Shown piece after piece: positions 1 through 9,369 of a stretch of 64,000 nucleotides of DNA. The translations under genes and the position numbers were made by a program. Source of the stretch: Thermoplasmatota archaeon (lineage in GTDB: Archaea > Thermoplasmatota > JAKEGO01); assembly GCA_028279595.1 (NCBI GenBank), contig JANQNK010000007.1, positions 1-64,000 of the forward strand, read 5' to 3'. Position 1 is the stretch's first letter; every line of letters begins with the position of its first letter. The notes under the pieces are model-generated. The model did not search any database. It was not told the origin of the DNA and worked only from the letters and a program-made list of their open reading frames with translations.

Positions 1-520
1 CGATGCTGTGGACGTCGAAGACGGGGGAGCGTTTGAACGTGAGCCTGTCGCCGGTGTCGACCATGGCGTTGGTCAGGTGGACTATCTCCTCCATGCTCAT
101 GTCGACGATCTGGACAGCGACTGAGTATGCGGTTATCTCGCGGTTGCTGAGCCTGCCTGAGATCATGTCCTCAACGAGCTCGCGGAGCTCTTCCTCGTTG
201 AGAGCGTGTCCTCTGATCTTCTTCTTGATGTGCTCGACGCTCCGAGGCCTTGAAATGGGGATCACGGATGCCGTCTCGCCCTCCTCCACCCCCATGGCCT
301 CCCACGCCTCGCAGAAAATGCCGATCTCGCCGCGCCCCACCATGATGTCGGTGGTGTTGACGATGACGACGAGGGACTTCCCGTTGGCATGGAGCTCTAT
401 CCTGTCGAGATTGTCGATGGCGAGCTCCCTGGCGTCCTCGGAGTTGAGAAGCACCTCGTGAGCGCCCTGACAGGCGTTGATCCTTACTATCTTGAGGTCG
501 TTCAGGGCGTCGCTAGCCAT
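1..520 (-). CDS. deoA: AMP phosphorylase (thymidine phosphorylase family), 5' part; runs off the window edge
   Basis: Not in the ORF track; translated by hand from ATG 520: MASDALNDLKIVRINAC...SVEHIKKKIRGHALNEEELRELVEDMISGRLSNREITAY...LTNAMVDTGDRL...VFDVHSI(G). It has the N-terminal extra domain and the start of the DxHSIGG motif of AMP phosphorylases. The start overlaps the RuBisCO stop by 8 nt. Confidence 0.9.
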   Translation of the reverse strand, partial: MASDALNDLKIVRINACQGAHEVLLNSEDARELAIDNLDRIELHANGKSLVVIVNTTDIMVGRGEIGIFCEAWEAMGVEEGETASVIPISRPRSVEHIKKKIRGHALNEEELRELVEDMISGRLSNREITAYSVAVQIVDMSMEEIVHLTNAMVDTGDRLTFKRSPVFDVHSI

Positions 521-1721
521 AGTAGTCCTCCTTCTTCCCCACGCCCCACTTGTCGATGGCGGTCCTGAGCTCGGGGTAGTTGCCCTTCGCGAACTCCTTG
601 AGGGACTGTCCCATCGTTGCTGCGGCAGCCGCCTGGCACATGGCCATCGCACCCTTCCTGGTGCCGTCGGGGTGGCCGTGGATGCCTCCGCCGGCCTGGA
701 TTATAATGTCGGTCCCCCTGTGCTTGACCTCGTCCACGACGCAGCCGGGATGAAGCCCGCCGGATGCTACGGGGAAGGTCGGCTGGAGGCCGAACCACTC
801 GTCCGTCAGGATCTTGTCGAGCGGAAGGACCTCGTCCGGAGTGGCGTCCATCTTGCCCGTTATGGCGCCGACGTGGAACTGGTCACCCCCCATCATCCTG
901 ACGAGACGGGATATGACCTTCATAGAGATCCCGTGGGTCGGGTCGCGAGTAATGGCGCCGTGCATGGCCCGGTGAACGTGTATCGGAAGCGACGAGTTCT
1001 TCCTGAGCTCGAGGAGTCCGGTGTAACCCACGGTCAGGACGTCCACCATGATCATGTTAGCCCCCCACTTGGTGGCGAGGTCCGCCCTCTCGGCGATCTC
1101 CTCGGGGCCGGTGGTGACGTTCACAGCATAGAAGACGTTTCGCCCGGTCTCCTCGAAGACCCGGTCCAACGCTTCCATGACCATGGGAAGTCTGTCGACC
1201 ATACGGCAGAAGTCCTGGTCTGTCAGGGTCTCGTCGTCCTTGATGAGGTCTATACCGCCCATCGCGGCCTCATATGCCACCCTTGCGGTCTCGGCCGGAT
1301 TGAGCCCGACCTTCGGTTTGACGATGGTCCCTACATGGGGTCTGTCCTCAGAACCGATGAGGTCCCGGATCCCCGGGATGCCGTACCTCGGTCCAGGGTA
1401 GGCCCGGACGATACGCCTTGGAAAGATCACGTCCTCGAGCCTGACCTTCTGGATCTGTTCCAGGCCGAAGAGGTTGCCCGCGATGACCGAAAGGATCTGG
1501 GGCACGTTCTCGACCTCGAACAGCTCGATGGGGTATCGCACGACGGCCGTCTTGGCCTTCTCGTCGACATCGCCCACGACGGCGGTGACGTCGGTGAGGT
1601 CCCTGTGCGTGGTCCCCACGTCGGTCCACGTACCGGTGGACTCCTCCATCGCTATGATCTCTGCCACCTTGCGCACAGGCAGGTCGCTCTCGATCCTGTA
1701 CGTCGCATCTACCCAGTCCAT
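513..1721 (-). CDS. rbcL: RuBisCO large subunit, form III
   Basis: Catalytic motifs present: ESTGTW, GNLFG, KPK, KDDE, HRAMH, HVG..GK, SGG, GGGIHGHP. Lies between R15P isomerase and AMP phosphorylase. Confidence 0.93.
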   Translation of the reverse strand: MDWVDATYRIESDLPVRKVAEIIAMEESTGTWTDVGTTHRDLTDVTAVVGDVDEKAKTAVVRYPIELFEVENVPQILSVIAGNLFGLEQIQKVRLEDVIFPRRIVRAYPGPRYGIPGIRDLIGSEDRPHVGTIVKPKVGLNPAETARVAYEAAMGGIDLIKDDETLTDQDFCRMVDRLPMVMEALDRVFEETGRNVFYAVNVTTGPEEIAERADLATKWGANMIMVDVLTVGYTGLLELRKNSSLPIHVHRAMHGAITRDPTHGISMKVISRLVRMMGGDQFHVGAITGKMDATPDEVLPLDKILTDEWFGLQPTFPVASGGLHPGCVVDEVKHRGTDIIIQAGGGIHGHPDGTRKGAMAMCQAAAAATMGQSLKEFAKGNYPELRTAIDKWGVGKKEDYYG

Positions 1722-1722
1722 T

Positions 1723-2592
1723 TCATGCCTCCTTCCTGAACGATACCTCTCTTGCGAGGTTCGGCGCGATCATCCCATTCTCCGTGACTATGCCCGTTAT
1801 GTGCTCGGGCGGTGTAACGTCGAAAACTGGATTCTTAACCCTGACCCCGTGGATCGGCTCCGGAAGCACCTCCTCCGGGGGCCGCTCCTCGATGGTCGGT
1901 CTTATCGATGTCGGCGCGAACTTGAACGTCTCGGCGAGAACGTAGACGGGGATCTCCAGGGAGTGGGCCGCGGCCGCTATCCCCGATGTCCCGATCTTGT
2001 TGACGAGCGATCCGTTGACCGTTACCGTATCCGCCCCGAACAGCACTGCCGAGACGTCCTCGGATGACAGGATGTACCCCGCAGCCGAATCGACGATCAG
2101 GGTCACGTCGATGCCCGCCTCGGCGAGCGATGAGACAGTGAGATGACCCTGGCCCCACGGCCGCGTCTCGGTCGCATAGACCTCGAACCGCCTTCCGGAC
2201 CTGTGGGCTTCCCTGAACGTGTTCACGACAGCTGTGCTGTTGCAGTGTGTCAGGTAACGCCTGTAGTCGACGACAAGGGACCGGGCGTTGGCGATGACCC
2301 CTTCCCTTGCCTTGGCGGAGTATTCCTTGAAGTCCTCGGCCGAGCGTCGGACCCTGTCCGCGACGGGCCCTTCACCGGACTCCGAGCACTCGAACACGTA
2401 GTTCACGGCGTTGGCCAGGCTGACCGCCGAGGGTCTTGTCGCGAGGAGCGTCCTGCGGGCGTCCTCGAGCTTCCTTCCCTCCACCGCGGCCTGCGCCATG
2501 GCATCGGCTGCAGCGTTGGCGATGGCAGCAGCACCCCTGATGCGCATCGTCCTGATCCCTTCGACGGTGGCATCGAAATCCCCGTTCGCCAT
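1723..2592 (-). CDS. Ribose-1,5-bisphosphate isomerase (eIF-2B alpha/beta/delta family)
   Basis: Motifs MRIRGA, TRPSAVSL, THCNS (catalytic Cys), ETRP, GAD, NKIGT, NPVFDVTP; operon context. Confidence 0.9.
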   Translation of the reverse strand: MANGDFDATVEGIRTMRIRGAAAIANAAADAMAQAAVEGRKLEDARRTLLATRPSAVSLANAVNYVFECSESGEGPVADRVRRSAEDFKEYSAKAREGVIANARSLVVDYRRYLTHCNSTAVVNTFREAHRSGRRFEVYATETRPWGQGHLTVSSLAEAGIDVTLIVDSAAGYILSSEDVSAVLFGADTVTVNGSLVNKIGTSGIAAAAHSLEIPVYVLAETFKFAPTSIRPTIEERPPEEVLPEPIHGVRVKNPVFDVTPPEHITGIVTENGMIAPNLAREVSFRKEA

Positions 2593-2707
2593 ATTGGAGG
2601 ATTGTTAACCAGAATATTAACTATTCGTTTCCACGATAATGGATAGAGGTTGATTGTAATCAGGATGGATCGACACCGAAATGGTGCAGAAGTAACGCTT
2701 CACGGAT

Positions 2708-2752
2708 CCATGATCGAGACGCGTTGATGCCCAACGGAAACGGCATCGAGCG
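2708..2752 (+). repeat. Intergenic hairpin repeat, copy A
   Basis: GAGACGCG-TTGA-tgcc-caacggaaac-ggca-TCGA-GCG; matches copies B-E. Confidence 0.7.
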
Positions 2753-2765
2753 AGACCACGGATGC

Positions 2766-3533
2766 TCACTCGACCTCTCTGAGGAGATTCCTCAGGTCCT
2801 CGATGAGCCGGAAATAGAACACGTCGTCGAAGTCCTCAGGGGTTCCGCTTATCGCCCTCGATGACGAATCGACCGCCCACTGGACGTCCTTCAGGTATCG
2901 CCTCGAGATGAGATCCTCGGCCATGAGCGCCCTTGCGATGTCCATCGGGCTCCTCCTCCGGGGGTCGAGTCCGGCGTCCGACGCCCTCGCGATATCGCGG
3001 AGTATCCTGTCTATGATTATCCCGCCGCAATAGACAGCGGTCCCGATGGTCCCGTCCGGTACCTTCGACAGTGAGTCAATGGCCTTTCCGTAGTCAGACG
3101 TCCTGATGCTTGCTATCATGTCACGGTCGAGGGTGTCCTCGAACCCGTGGCGGGCCATCCATTTCTTCGCCCCGTCGACGACGAGGATCCTGATGCCGTG
3201 GGACTGGCAGTAGTCCCTCATGTCGAGGGCGTTCTGCTGTTCCGCTGAAAGATAGTAGTTGAGGGCGGGATAGTATGCGATGAACCATTCGCCGTTGTAC
3301 TTGAAGGCCCAGCATATCTCGGCAGGTGCCCGGTCGGGCCGGTTGAGGAATATCGAGTACAGACCTTTACGCGAGCAACGGTCGACGAAGTCGGCCATCC
3401 CGCTAGCCGGAGCATCAACGAACTCGTGCAGTTCGATGAGCAGTTTCTCGTTGACGGGACGCTTGTCGAGCTCCATCAGGCCCCTGAAGGTCTCGACCAT
3501 CTTGCCGTCCTCGGGGTATATGACAGTGACCAT
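2766..3533 (-). CDS. Hypothetical protein (255 aa); possibly a degenerate HEPN/DUF4145-like C-terminus
   Basis: Long ORF with genome-like codon usage. The family guess rests on a loose pattern only. Confidence 0.7.
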   Translation of the reverse strand: MVTVIYPEDGKMVETFRGLMELDKRPVNEKLLIELHEFVDAPASGMADFVDRCSRKGLYSIFLNRPDRAPAEICWAFKYNGEWFIAYYPALNYYLSAEQQNALDMRDYCQSHGIRILVVDGAKKWMARHGFEDTLDRDMIASIRTSDYGKAIDSLSKVPDGTIGTAVYCGGIIIDRILRDIARASDAGLDPRRRSPMDIARALMAEDLISRRYLKDVQWAVDSSSRAISGTPEDFDDVFYFRLIEDLRNLLREVE

Positions 3534-3633
3534 GAACAGATTACGTCTGGGGTCCTATTTGAACCTTGCCAACATACCACCAGGATGATGTTGAAAGGGG
3601 AGGGGATGACAACCCTGGATCCGTGTTCCTCGA

Positions 3634-3669
3634 CACGCGTCTCCCCCCGCCGGGACGGGGGAGAGCGTG
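3634..3669 (+). repeat. GC-rich hairpin; variant of the intergenic hairpin family
   Basis: CACGC-G-TCTCCCCC...GGGGGAGA-GCGTG; same CGC-G-T...GA-GCG closing geometry. Confidence 0.4.
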
Positions 3670-3724
3670 CAGTACGTATTGACCGCAATGGGATGCTTTA
3701 AATGGCAATGGACGATGGGTCCAT

Positions 3725-4630
3725 ATGCGGAAGTTCCTGTACGTGGCCCTCATCGGATCCCTCGCACTCTGGGGTCTCACGTTTCCGCTGATGAAGATCG
3801 CCCTCGAGGAGGCGGAGCCGATGACGATGGCGCTGGTCCGGTTCGCGATCACCTTCCCGTTCATCTTCGTCTTCGCATGGCCTATCAAGAACAAGGGAAA
3901 GCCGTTCAACGAAGCGGCCATCAGGCCGGCCTTCCTCATAGCGTTCTTCGCGGTCGTCCTCGGAAACCTGTTCCAGAACTACGGACTCCAGTGGACCACG
4001 GCCGGCATGGCGTCCGTCCTCCAGGAGATGGCTCCCCTCTTCACGATAATCCTCGCGATGTGGTTCCTGAAGGAGCGGGTCAACAGATACATCGTCGGTG
4101 GCGCATTGATCGCGTTCGCGGGAACGGTCATGCTGTTCTACGAACCCGACATCGGATCGTCGTCGTTCATCGGGAACCTCCTTATGATCATGACGGCGTT
4201 GATGTACGCGTTCTCCAGCCTTGTCAGCAAGAAGGCCCTCTCGACCATACACCCAGTGACCTTGACGGTCATGGTGCACGGCATCGGCCTGGTACTGCTC
4301 CTGCCCTTGACCATGGTCCTCGAGATCGACGGGGTCATGTCGATGCACACATGGAGCTTCCAGACATGGATGGCCATAACGGTCCTTGCCATCTTCCCGA
4401 CGGCCCTCGGCCCGATCGTCTGGTACTACGCGATGAGGGAGTCGACCCTATCGTCGCTTTCCATCCTGACCTATCTCATCCCGATGTTCGCGATAACCTT
4501 CGACCTCCTTCTGACGGGGACGGCGATGGCCGGGTCATCCATACTCTTCGGCATCATCCTGATCACAGGTGTCGTCATCGCACAGAGGGGATCCGTTATC
4601 GCGAAGGACGAGCACGGACAACACTTTTAA
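3725..4630 (+). CDS. EamA/DMT family transporter
   Basis: About 10 TM segments in two repeats; LWG, RF, P.FT...A..FLKE motifs. Confidence 0.9.
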   Translation: MRKFLYVALIGSLALWGLTFPLMKIALEEAEPMTMALVRFAITFPFIFVFAWPIKNKGKPFNEAAIRPAFLIAFFAVVLGNLFQNYGLQWTTAGMASVLQEMAPLFTIILAMWFLKERVNRYIVGGALIAFAGTVMLFYEPDIGSSSFIGNLLMIMTALMYAFSSLVSKKALSTIHPVTLTVMVHGIGLVLLLPLTMVLEIDGVMSMHTWSFQTWMAITVLAIFPTALGPIVWYYAMRESTLSSLSILTYLIPMFAITFDLLLTGTAMAGSSILFGIILITGVVIAQRGSVIAKDEHGQHF

Positions 4631-4651
4631 CCCGAATGACGATTCGGCAAC

Positions 4652-5977
4652 ATGGCAGGGGACATCTTCCGGGCCTACGACATCCGAGGGATATACGGTG
4701 TCGACCTCACCGACCAGATAGCCTACAACGTCGGGAAGGCGTTCGTATCATTCCTGAAATGCAAGCGGGTGGTCGTCGGCAGGGACATGAGGCCGCACTC
4801 GAAGCCGTTGTTCGATTTCCTTTCCAAGGGCATCACCGAGATGGGTGCTGACGTCATCGACCTCGGGATGTGCTCCACGCCGATGTCGTACTACGCGAAC
4901 GGGACCCTCGAGGCCGATGCTGGGATTATGATCACTGCTTCGCACAATCCAGGCGAGTGGAACGGATTCAAGCTCTCGAGGGAGAAGGCCGTTCCCATTA
5001 GCGGTGACACCGGGATAATGACCATCGCACAACTGGCAGCCTCCGGAGCGTTCGGGGAGCCAGTGGGACCGCCGGGCACGGTAGGGACCTACGACATCGC
5101 GAGCGCCTACGGCAGGCATGTCAATAGCTTCGCCCTGGAAGATGGACCACTGAGGATCGCGGTCGACTACGCCAACTCCATGGGCGTGTACGAGGCACAG
5201 GCTTTGAAGGACCTGTTCGTACTCGATCCGATCTTCGAGGAGCTCGACGGGTCATTCCCCAATCACGAGGCCAATCCACTGAAGACGGAGACACTCGTGC
5301 CCCTCCAGCAGAAGGTCCGTGAGGGTGGACACGATTTCGGCATCGCATTCGACGGGGACGCCGACCGGGTCGGGTTCATCGACGAGAGAGGCGAGGTCGT
5401 TCCCAACGATATGACCGCCGCGCTGATCGCCCAGGCGATACTCTCGAGGAACAAGGGCGGGCGGGTCCTGTACGACCTCCGCTCCTCCTGGGCCGTCAAG
5501 GAGGTCGTCGAGGAGAACGGCGGCCGGCCGTCGATGTGCCGCGTTGGCCACGCTTTCATCAAGAAGCAGATGCGTGACGAGGACGCTGTATTCGCCGCTG
5601 AGCTCTCCGGTCACTACTACTTCCGCGAGAACTTCTACACGGAATCCTCCGCACTCGCCGCGATCTACGTCGCGGACCTCGTCAGGAGCAGCGGGAAGAA
5701 GCTGTCAGAGCTCATCAAACCGTTGAAGAGGTACCACGCTAGCGGAGAGATCAACTCCGTCGTGCAGGATACCACGGCCGTCTACAAACGCCTCATGGAC
5801 ACATACCCTGACGGCAGGATGGAGACCCTGGATGGACTGAGCATCGAGTACGAGGACTGGTGGTTCAACGTCAGGCCGAGCAACACTGAACCGCTCGTAA
5901 GGCTCAACCTGGAGGCGAGGACGGAAGGTCTGATGGCGTACAAGCTCGACGAGGTCCTTTCGATAATCCGAGGTTGA
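4652..5977 (+). CDS. Phosphomannomutase/phosphoglucomutase
   Basis: FRAYDIRG, TASHNP (phospho-Ser), DGDADR, ELSGH, RPSNTEP. Confidence 0.95.
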   Translation: MAGDIFRAYDIRGIYGVDLTDQIAYNVGKAFVSFLKCKRVVVGRDMRPHSKPLFDFLSKGITEMGADVIDLGMCSTPMSYYANGTLEADAGIMITASHNPGEWNGFKLSREKAVPISGDTGIMTIAQLAASGAFGEPVGPPGTVGTYDIASAYGRHVNSFALEDGPLRIAVDYANSMGVYEAQALKDLFVLDPIFEELDGSFPNHEANPLKTETLVPLQQKVREGGHDFGIAFDGDADRVGFIDERGEVVPNDMTAALIAQAILSRNKGGRVLYDLRSSWAVKEVVEENGGRPSMCRVGHAFIKKQMRDEDAVFAAELSGHYYFRENFYTESSALAAIYVADLVRSSGKKLSELIKPLKRYHASGEINSVVQDTTAVYKRLMDTYPDGRMETLDGLSIEYEDWWFNVRPSNTEPLVRLNLEARTEGLMAYKLDEVLSIIRG

Positions 5978-6042
5978 TCCTACCCGTTCAGTTCGGAATC
6001 GATTATTTCTATCAGAGAATCATTTTGTAAACGGTGATTTTG

Positions 6043-6459
6043 ATGACCGATATGGAGAAGGATATAGCGCGCAGGTTCTTCGAAGAGGTCTGGAACGAGG
6101 GTCAGCTAGAAAAAATGGACGAGATGACCTCCGACGACATAGTGATACATGTTGGGGGAGAGCAGGATATGACGGGTCGTGCTTCCATGATGGAGTTCAT
6201 CGAGGAGTACCGCAAGGCCTTTCCCGATATACACTTCACCGTCCATGACCAGGTCAGGGAAGGAGACAAGGTCTTTGACAGGTGGACGGCCACTGGCACC
6301 CACAGGGGAGAGCTGATGGGAATACCTGCCACGGGGAGGAACATCGAGATAACAGGTATGGGCATGACGAGGTTCGAGGACGGTAAGATCGTCGAACGGT
6401 GGGGGAACCCCGATCGCCTCTCGTTGATGAAACAGCTCGGAGTGATCCCGGACAAGTAG
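6043..6459 (+). CDS. SnoaL-like ester cyclase family protein
   Basis: AFPDIHF, EGDKV, GTHRGELMGIPATGR, GKIVE motifs. Start placed at ATG 6043. Confidence 0.88.
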   Translation: MTDMEKDIARRFFEEVWNEGQLEKMDEMTSDDIVIHVGGEQDMTGRASMMEFIEEYRKAFPDIHFTVHDQVREGDKVFDRWTATGTHRGELMGIPATGRNIEITGMGMTRFEDGKIVERWGNPDRLSLMKQLGVIPDK

Positions 6460-6536
6460 TCCCACGACGAAATGAAGAGATACTTTCACCGCCCTCCCGC
6501 GAACCCTTTATACCATGAATGCCAACACTGGAACGG

Positions 6537-7736
6537 ATGTACCCGTACTGCTCGACCTGCAAGGGCCGGCTGCACTGCGGGAAACCGTCGTGTCCAGTCC
6601 TGGATCGCATCTACCGTAGGTATCCTCAGGTCGTCGTGGACGGATCCACCGTGGCGGGGGCGACACCCCCCGAGGTCTTCGTAGGGCGATACGGCTATCC
6701 GAAGGTAGGTGTGGGTCCTCTGCTCCCAGTGAGTGAGAACGAGGACCCTGCGAAATTGGGCCGTCCATCACTTTGGGGGAACCTCACGGTCGAGGACATC
6801 GTCATGATCAGGGCGGGTATGATGAGGTCGAGGAGTCCCATCCACGTGAGACGGCCAGACAAGTTCGTCGAGGCCTCCCAGACCATCGCATTGTCCTCCA
6901 AACCCGTCGACACCGAGGTCGACATCAAGAAGCTCCATGACCGCCGCAGGACCGATCCGTTCTACGCACCGATGGGTCCGACGGCGGACGTCATCCGGAC
7001 CGAGGTGATATCCAACCCGTCCGTACCGAGGAGAGTGGATGCTGCTGTCTCGGACACCGATGCTCCTGCAAGGGTCGCAGTCCTGGAGATGCTCGACGCA
7101 GGGATAGATGTCTATCATTCCACCAGATTGCTCAGCGTCGGACTGCTTGGAAAGAGCCGGAGAAGGAAGCTTGTCCCAACGAGATGGGCGATCACGGCGA
7201 CGGACGACATAGTCGGGAAGTCCCTCATCCACGAGATCGCCGTCAACACTTCCATCGACGAGGTCCGATACTATCGGTACACCCATCTTGGGAACACCTT
7301 CCATGTCATCATGTATCCCGGGGAGTGGCGGTTCGAGAACCTCGAGTGCTGGCTCCAGGGAGCCCTGTGGGCTGGAAACGCGAGCGTCGTAAGGGATTAC
7401 GAGGACCACAAGGGCCGGAAGAAGTACGCTGACAACATCACCGGTGCATACTACGCTGCCCGTTTGGCCGTTCTGGAGCATCTGGTGAAGGAGAGGCGCC
7501 GTGCATCCGTCCTCGTCTACCGTGAGATCAACAACGAGTACTGGGCCCCACTCGGCGTCTGGGTGATCAGGGAGGGAGCCAGAAAGGCGATGGAGACCGT
7601 CCCGGCCATCCACCAGACCGTCGATGACGCCGTCAAGAGCGCAGTATTCCACAGCGAGAACAAGAACTGGACGAAGAGGAGCTGGATCCTCAAGGAGAGG
7701 AGACAGCAGACGAGATTGACGGATTTCATCCAATGA
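6537..7736 (+). CDS. nreA: Nre family DNA repair protein (DUF650/DUF651)
   Basis: N-terminal CxxCKG..CG...CP, PPEVFVGRYGYPKV, LVPTRWAITATDD, GAYYAARL, PLGVWVIRE; C-terminal PIP box QTRLTDF. TTTATA at 6507 fits a leaderless start at 6537. Confidence 0.92.
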   Translation: MYPYCSTCKGRLHCGKPSCPVLDRIYRRYPQVVVDGSTVAGATPPEVFVGRYGYPKVGVGPLLPVSENEDPAKLGRPSLWGNLTVEDIVMIRAGMMRSRSPIHVRRPDKFVEASQTIALSSKPVDTEVDIKKLHDRRRTDPFYAPMGPTADVIRTEVISNPSVPRRVDAAVSDTDAPARVAVLEMLDAGIDVYHSTRLLSVGLLGKSRRRKLVPTRWAITATDDIVGKSLIHEIAVNTSIDEVRYYRYTHLGNTFHVIMYPGEWRFENLECWLQGALWAGNASVVRDYEDHKGRKKYADNITGAYYAARLAVLEHLVKERRRASVLVYREINNEYWAPLGVWVIREGARKAMETVPAIHQTVDDAVKSAVFHSENKNWTKRSWILKERRQQTRLTDFIQ

Positions 7737-7759
7737 TCCCGCCGACCGGTCTTACCTCA

Positions 7760-7813
7760 GCACGAGAGATACGCGTTGACGACCCGGCCATTGCCGTCGT
7801 CGAGCGCGTTTTT
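7760..7813 (+). repeat. Intergenic hairpin repeat, copy B
   Basis: GATACGCG-TTGA-cgac-ccggccattgcc-gtcg-TCGA-GCGCGTTTTT, just downstream of nre. Confidence 0.7.
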
Positions 7814-7888
7814 CCGGGATTTGAGGCGGGTTTTGTTGTATTAGTCCCCTGTGGCAACCCTATTTATATGACCAGTCGATGACACCGC

Positions 7889-8566
7889 ATGGAGCCATTG
7901 CTGCTGCTCACCGGTTTCATAGCGTTCCCGGTAGCGCTGCTCATACTCTACCTGTACCTGATGCACTACTACTCCCGGATAAGGGAGGAGTGGGTATTCT
8001 ATGGACTGGTCCTCGGCATGTTCATGGGCATGCTGGGCGGTGTCCTCCACCTCTGGGTCGGTCCAGCGTTCATATTCCTGGTCCCGGTCTTCGATGTGAT
8101 GTTCCTCACTATCGTGCTGAACTCGTCGAAGCTCCAGGGAAAACGGAAGACCGTCTACTACGGCTGCTCGATGGGCATCGGGTACGGAGCGATGGTCCTC
8201 GTGGTCTATGGCTACCTCCTGTTCTTCAGGTCTGAGAACGTCATCGCCGACGCGTTCCGTTACTTCATCCTTACTTTCCCGTTCGTCCTGACCTACGGAG
8301 GGGTCGGAGCCTACGTGGGTGAGGGCGCGGGCATAGGACGTCTCTGGGCGCACTCGTGGAGGGCGATGGCGATCCTCATGCCGTTCTTCTTCTTCGTCGA
8401 CATGCTCTCCTATGTGGAAGGCTTCGTGATAGCCGTACCGGTAGGTGCATTGTTCGTATACGGACTCATGGTCTACAAATACGTCAGTGAGAGCGTCCTT
8501 CCCCTCGGGATGCTACGGAAACCAGGTCCGCGCATGAAGGTTCGGAGATCGCGCGGGTCTCGATGA
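7889..8566 (+). CDS. Hypothetical multi-pass membrane protein
   Basis: About 7 hydrophobic segments; TTTATAT about 25 nt upstream (leaderless). Confidence 0.8.
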   Translation: MEPLLLLTGFIAFPVALLILYLYLMHYYSRIREEWVFYGLVLGMFMGMLGGVLHLWVGPAFIFLVPVFDVMFLTIVLNSSKLQGKRKTVYYGCSMGIGYGAMVLVVYGYLLFFRSENVIADAFRYFILTFPFVLTYGGVGAYVGEGAGIGRLWAHSWRAMAILMPFFFFVDMLSYVEGFVIAVPVGALFVYGLMVYKYVSESVLPLGMLRKPGPRMKVRRSRGSR

Positions 8567-9287
8567 GTATATCGTCCGTGGCCCCGTATGGTACGATGCC
8601 GTACCAGTAGATGACCATTCCAGAGCCGAACAACTCACGGTAGGGCTCCAGCTGTTTCTTGAGGTTCGTCCGGATCTCCGTGTGGTCCCCGAACGAGGCC
8701 TTGGATTCGACCCACTTGATCTCGGTGTCCCTCACCCAGAAGGAGCGGTCCAGAAGGAAGTCGGGCGTCTTCGCGAACTCCTTCCTCAGGTCCGCCTCCC
8801 GGCGGTAGGTGAGTCCGAGGCCGTGGAGCCATTCCGCGAGCTTCTCCTCGGCCATGACGCCCCGCTCACGCTGGATCTCGTGACCCCGCGGGCTGTAGAG
8901 GTTGTCGACCTCGATGGCCTCCTTGAGCTCCCGCCTCAGCCTCTTGGTCGGAGCCTTGTCTGGTTCGTGCAGGTAGTTCCTGTAGGTCTTCCTGCCGACC
9001 CCCTCGAGCTTGAGGATGAGCATGGCGGTAAGGACCGGCGGGAACTCGATCTTCCTGGATATCTTGACGAACGAGTCTCCGTGCTTCCACCACCGCCTGA
9101 AGGCGCTGGACTGCCTTGCCATGTGGTGGAAACGCTTCTTGACCTCCCTCACGGTGCGTTGGGTGTAGATCACGAAAAGCAGGTCCTCGGGGTAATCGGT
9201 ACTGAGTCGATTTACGTCTTCCATTGTCTTCAGTTGCTTGTAAAGATGCTTGTAATCGTGGCTGTTGAATGTCAGTGGATCCTTCAT
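8484..9287 (-). CDS. C15orf41/CDIN1 (TPD domain) PD-(D/E)XK nuclease-like protein
   Basis: E..L...L, KTPDFLL, WVESKASFGD, QL..Y...FG.G.VIYW.G signature. Start chosen at MKDPLTF. Confidence 0.85.
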   Translation of the reverse strand: MKDPLTFNSHDYKHLYKQLKTMEDVNRLSTDYPEDLLFVIYTQRTVREVKKRFHHMARQSSAFRRWWKHGDSFVKISRKIEFPPVLTAMLILKLEGVGRKTYRNYLHEPDKAPTKRLRRELKEAIEVDNLYSPRGHEIQRERGVMAEEKLAEWLHGLGLTYRREADLRKEFAKTPDFLLDRSFWVRDTEIKWVESKASFGDHTEIRTNLKKQLEPYRELFGSGMVIYWYGIVPYGATDDILIETRAISEPSCADLVSVASRGEGRSH

Positions 9288-9369
9288 CTTTTCCTGCCCT
9301 TTCCTGTGTCTGGTTGCATCGAAGCCAGTATATAAATGCCTTTCCACAACGTTTTAATCGGACCACCTC

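Noticed and set aside
513-1721. Form IV RuBisCO-like protein of methionine salvage
   Set aside because: The catalytic residue set is complete and the neighbours are AMP-pathway genes.
477-1739. Long antisense ORFs (also 8866-10191, 41676-42731, 44580-46556, 50825-52861)
   Set aside because: Shadow frames of GC-rich, codon-biased real genes, with no recognisable motifs.
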